64,000 nt of DNA from the human T2T-CHM13v2.0 reference genome, Homo sapiens. Below, one piece after another: positions 57,562 to 64,000 of the stretch. Under the pieces are notes generated by a model that was not told where the DNA came from, made no database searches, and was given only the letters and a program-made list of their open reading frames with translations. The stretch is taken from assembly GCF_009914755.1 (NCBI RefSeq), contig NC_060932.1; one strand, 5' to 3'. Numbering within the stretch: the first letter of the stretch is position 1; every line of letters starts with the position of its first letter. The translations under genes and the position numbers were made by a program.

Positions 57562-57720
57562 AGGAGGGAGAGCATTAGGACAAATACCTAATGCATGCAG
57601 GGCTTAAAACCTAGATGACAGGTTGATAGGTGCAGCAAACCACCATGGCACATGTATACCTATGTAACAAACCTGCACGTTCAGCACATGTGTCCCAGAA
57701 CTTAAATTTTTTTTAAAAAA
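57562..57720 (+). mobile_element. Short 5'-truncated L1PA 3' end
   Basis: gcattaggacaaatacctaatgcatg...gtaacaaacctgcacgtt...ccagaacttaaa, flanked by an imperfect TSD aaaaatcact(c/g)tttc. Confidence 0.88.
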
Positions 57721-58279
57721 ATCACTGTTTCTGACATGCCTCCGTCGCCAGTCCCTGAGGCCCTTGTTAACCAGACAGGTTCCTTGGCTGCCCCTCCCCT
57801 CCCCTCCCCTCCCACCTCCCACTGGGTCCGAATATCCCTGCTGGCTCTGGGGTCTACGTGTCTGACCAGTCCTGTCATCAGGCGGGTTGGGAAGCTGCCT
57901 ACATGAACATTGCTTGCTGTGGGGTATCTGCTCCATCCAGGAATACTGGCAGCTAGCTATAAAACAGCAGGAACCACTCCAGTAAACATGATGCTTGCTG
58001 TGAAAATGAACTGGAACACATTTGATCAGTGTGCCTTTGGTTAGAGGATGTCCTCTCATCTTCTTGTGTCCACTGTAGCTTGGAATTTCAGGCTTTTATA
58101 CACCTGGGGAGCGGACACAGATCTGGATGAAAGCTGGAAGGCAGGGTGTCAGCCCCAGGCCTCACGCTTACTAGAGTTCTGTCCTCAGACAAGTCTTCTC
58201 AGCACTGCATGCCTCAGTGTTCTCATCTGCAAATTGGGAATAAAACTGGATGGTCAGTTGGAGAATTACAAGAAATAAT

Positions 58280-61552
<3,273 letters not shown>

Positions 61553-62574
61553 TTAATATTGTTAAAAATGGGAATTCGGTCACAGCTTTTCATATACTGT
61601 ACAGCCTCATTCAAATTATATGAATTCTTAATTTTAGGTAATGTAGACACGATGATTCTTACCGAAACACCTTTATTTTAGTACTCCTTATATGTTAAAG
61701 TATATGTTTAGTAATCCTTATATGTTAAAGGATATAATGCTTTTGGTGAGAATGGTGCTGTGTGGATCGACTATGAGTCGCATTATTGCTAGTGTACATT
61801 ATTTAATGTTCTTGCTTCTTAACCACCGCCTCCCACAGGTGTCTCTGTCCCCAGTGAAGGCATTCCTCAGAGCACTAGCAGCCGCATTCCCTTTGTTTCT
61901 TGGCGCACTCCTCTAGACTGTGAGGTCAGCAAGGTAGGGAGCTCACCCTTGTTTCTATTCCCAGCTCTAAGCACAGAGCGAGGCAAAAGGCAGACCTCAA
62001 ATGTTGATTACATAGATTTTCATTTACAGCACATATGACCTTCATTTTCTTTTAAACAGTTCAACAGCCCAGCCTTAATTCAAATAGGCCTTCTTTCCTT
62101 TCCCTTTTTATGGTGTTTTTATGGTGGTTAAGAGCGGGAGCTTCAGGGTCTGTCTGCCGGGATTAAGCTGTGTGATTTAGGGCAGGTTACTTAACTTCTG
62201 CGTGCCGTGTCCTGGCAAGACAGCGGGCATAATAGTAGTGCCTATTTTACATGGATTTTTGAAAATTACATGAGCTAAGTAAAGCACCTAGAATGGTGCC
62301 TAGCACATAGTGAATGTTTAATAAATGTCTGCAGAAAGTAGCAGCAGGAGTGGGGCAGGCTTGGCTGTTCCGTTGCAGTGTGGTGAGGGTGCAAAGCATG
62401 TGCTTTGGAGTGGAGCTGAATCACCACTGAGCAGCCATGGGCCTTGGGCACTCCAGTGAACTTGCCTACCTCAGCTTCTTCATCTGGAAAATGGGGGTGC
62501 TAATCACGCACAGCTGTTGGAGGATAAATGTGTGAATGTGGGGCATTTATTAATAGAAAGAGCCCATTTCTTCT

Positions 62575-62886
<312 letters not shown>

Positions 62887-63701
62887 CGAGCCCATTTCTT
62901 AGAAGGTGCTGGAGTCTCCCCTGCACCTGGGCCTCCTGCATTGTAGGGAACAAACAAGCACCTCTTTGGCATCCTGGTCTGATGCCAGATGGGTCCTGTC
63001 AGAGCTCCCAGGCCCTGGGGATGAGATGACCTCAGGGAACCTCTTAGCCTCATTCCCAGGACCTCTGCCTTGGGATGAGGGGAAATCCTTTCAAGCAGAA
63101 GTCTGTATTAGATTCCTCCATAAACTCCCAGCCCAATCTCAGAACCAAGCTGAAATGACGTGATCCAATAGTAATTACAGGATTTGTACGTATTTGGTAC
63201 CATTTTGTTTATCTGCACATTGTCAGCGGGTGAATGAATTGTTCTAAGCAAGGTAATGTTCCAATGAAAATCTTCTAGAATATTATGCTGTCCTGGCCAT
63301 TTGAAGCAGAAGATAAAAGACAGAGCTAATCTCAATTACTGTGGAGCCTCATTCTAAACAGGAGCCCTGGTGATGTCCTCTGACTTTGGATTGGGTTTTC
63401 AGTGCTATCAGAAGCTGACCTCCTGGGCTTTCTCCTTCTGCCTCCTTCAGCCTCTGCTAGTGGTTTGCTTCCCTGTGTCTTCACTGATGGGACCCTCGGA
63501 GTCTAGTCTTGCACTCATTGAATCTCCTGGCCTTACCTAGGAGAGCATTGTGTGGGCTCTATGGCAGCTACCCTCTGGTCCTCAGAAGCTTTTCCTTATT
63601 CTGCTCACAGTCGAGTTACAGCTGTGTTGCCCATGCTCATCTGCCCATACCCATCTGTAGTTGTTTAACAACTTTTTCATTGAGACTCCAACTTAGGCCA
63701 G

Positions 63702-63770
63702 TGTCTTAGTCCATTTGTGTTGCTATAAAGACATACCTTAAGGTGGGTAATTTATAAAGAAAAGAGGTTT
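63702..63770. mobile_element. MST/THE1-type MaLR LTR end, interrupted by an Alu
   Basis: tgtcttagtccatttgtgttgctataaag...ggtaatttataaagaaaagaggttt. Confidence 0.7.
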
Positions 63771-64000
63771 CTTTTCTTTTCTTTTCTTTTCTTTTGAGAT
63801 GGAGTCTCACTCTGTCACCCAGGCTGATGTGCAGTGGCACAATCTCAGCTTGCTGCAACCTTCGCCTCCCGGCTTCAAGCAATTCTCCCTGCCTCAGCCT
63901 CCTGAGTAGCTGGGATTACAGGCACCCGCCAACACACCCAGCTAATTTTTGTATTTTTTAGTAAAGACAGGGTTTCCCCATGTTGGTCAGGCTGTTCTCG
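63770..64000 (-). mobile_element. Alu truncated by the window edge
   Basis: Alu consensus. Confidence 0.9.

Overview
This is primate, almost certainly human, genomic DNA and not a prokaryotic window. It contains the complete GPAT4 (AGPAT6) gene on the + strand. The gene has a CpG-island promoter, a non-coding exon 1 (donor at 2037), a ~20 kb intron 1, and a 1013-nt exon 2 with an 848-nt uATG-rich 5'UTR. Twelve coding exons splice via GT-AG to 1371 nt (456 aa, motifs NHTSPID and FPEGT). The 3'UTR has several poly(A) signals. The rest is repeat-rich: an antisense LTR2/HERV-E-Harlequin-type provirus in intron 1 (14693-20978), a full-length antisense SVA just past the gene, solo LTRs, ~30 Alus, and L1, MIR and hAT fossils. 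I found no new protein-coding system. The most unusual observation is a 44-bp copy of host flanking DNA inside the provirus, between its polypurine tract and 3' LTR. Other leads are a templated fold-back insertion in gag, a tailless Alu with a target-site duplication (TSD), uORF/alternative-acceptor control of GPAT4, a G-rich tandem duplication after the proximal poly(A) site, and homeobox-motif islands toward the expected NKX6-3 neighbour. Repeat family names come from recall of consensus sequences, and old-repeat boundaries are approximate.
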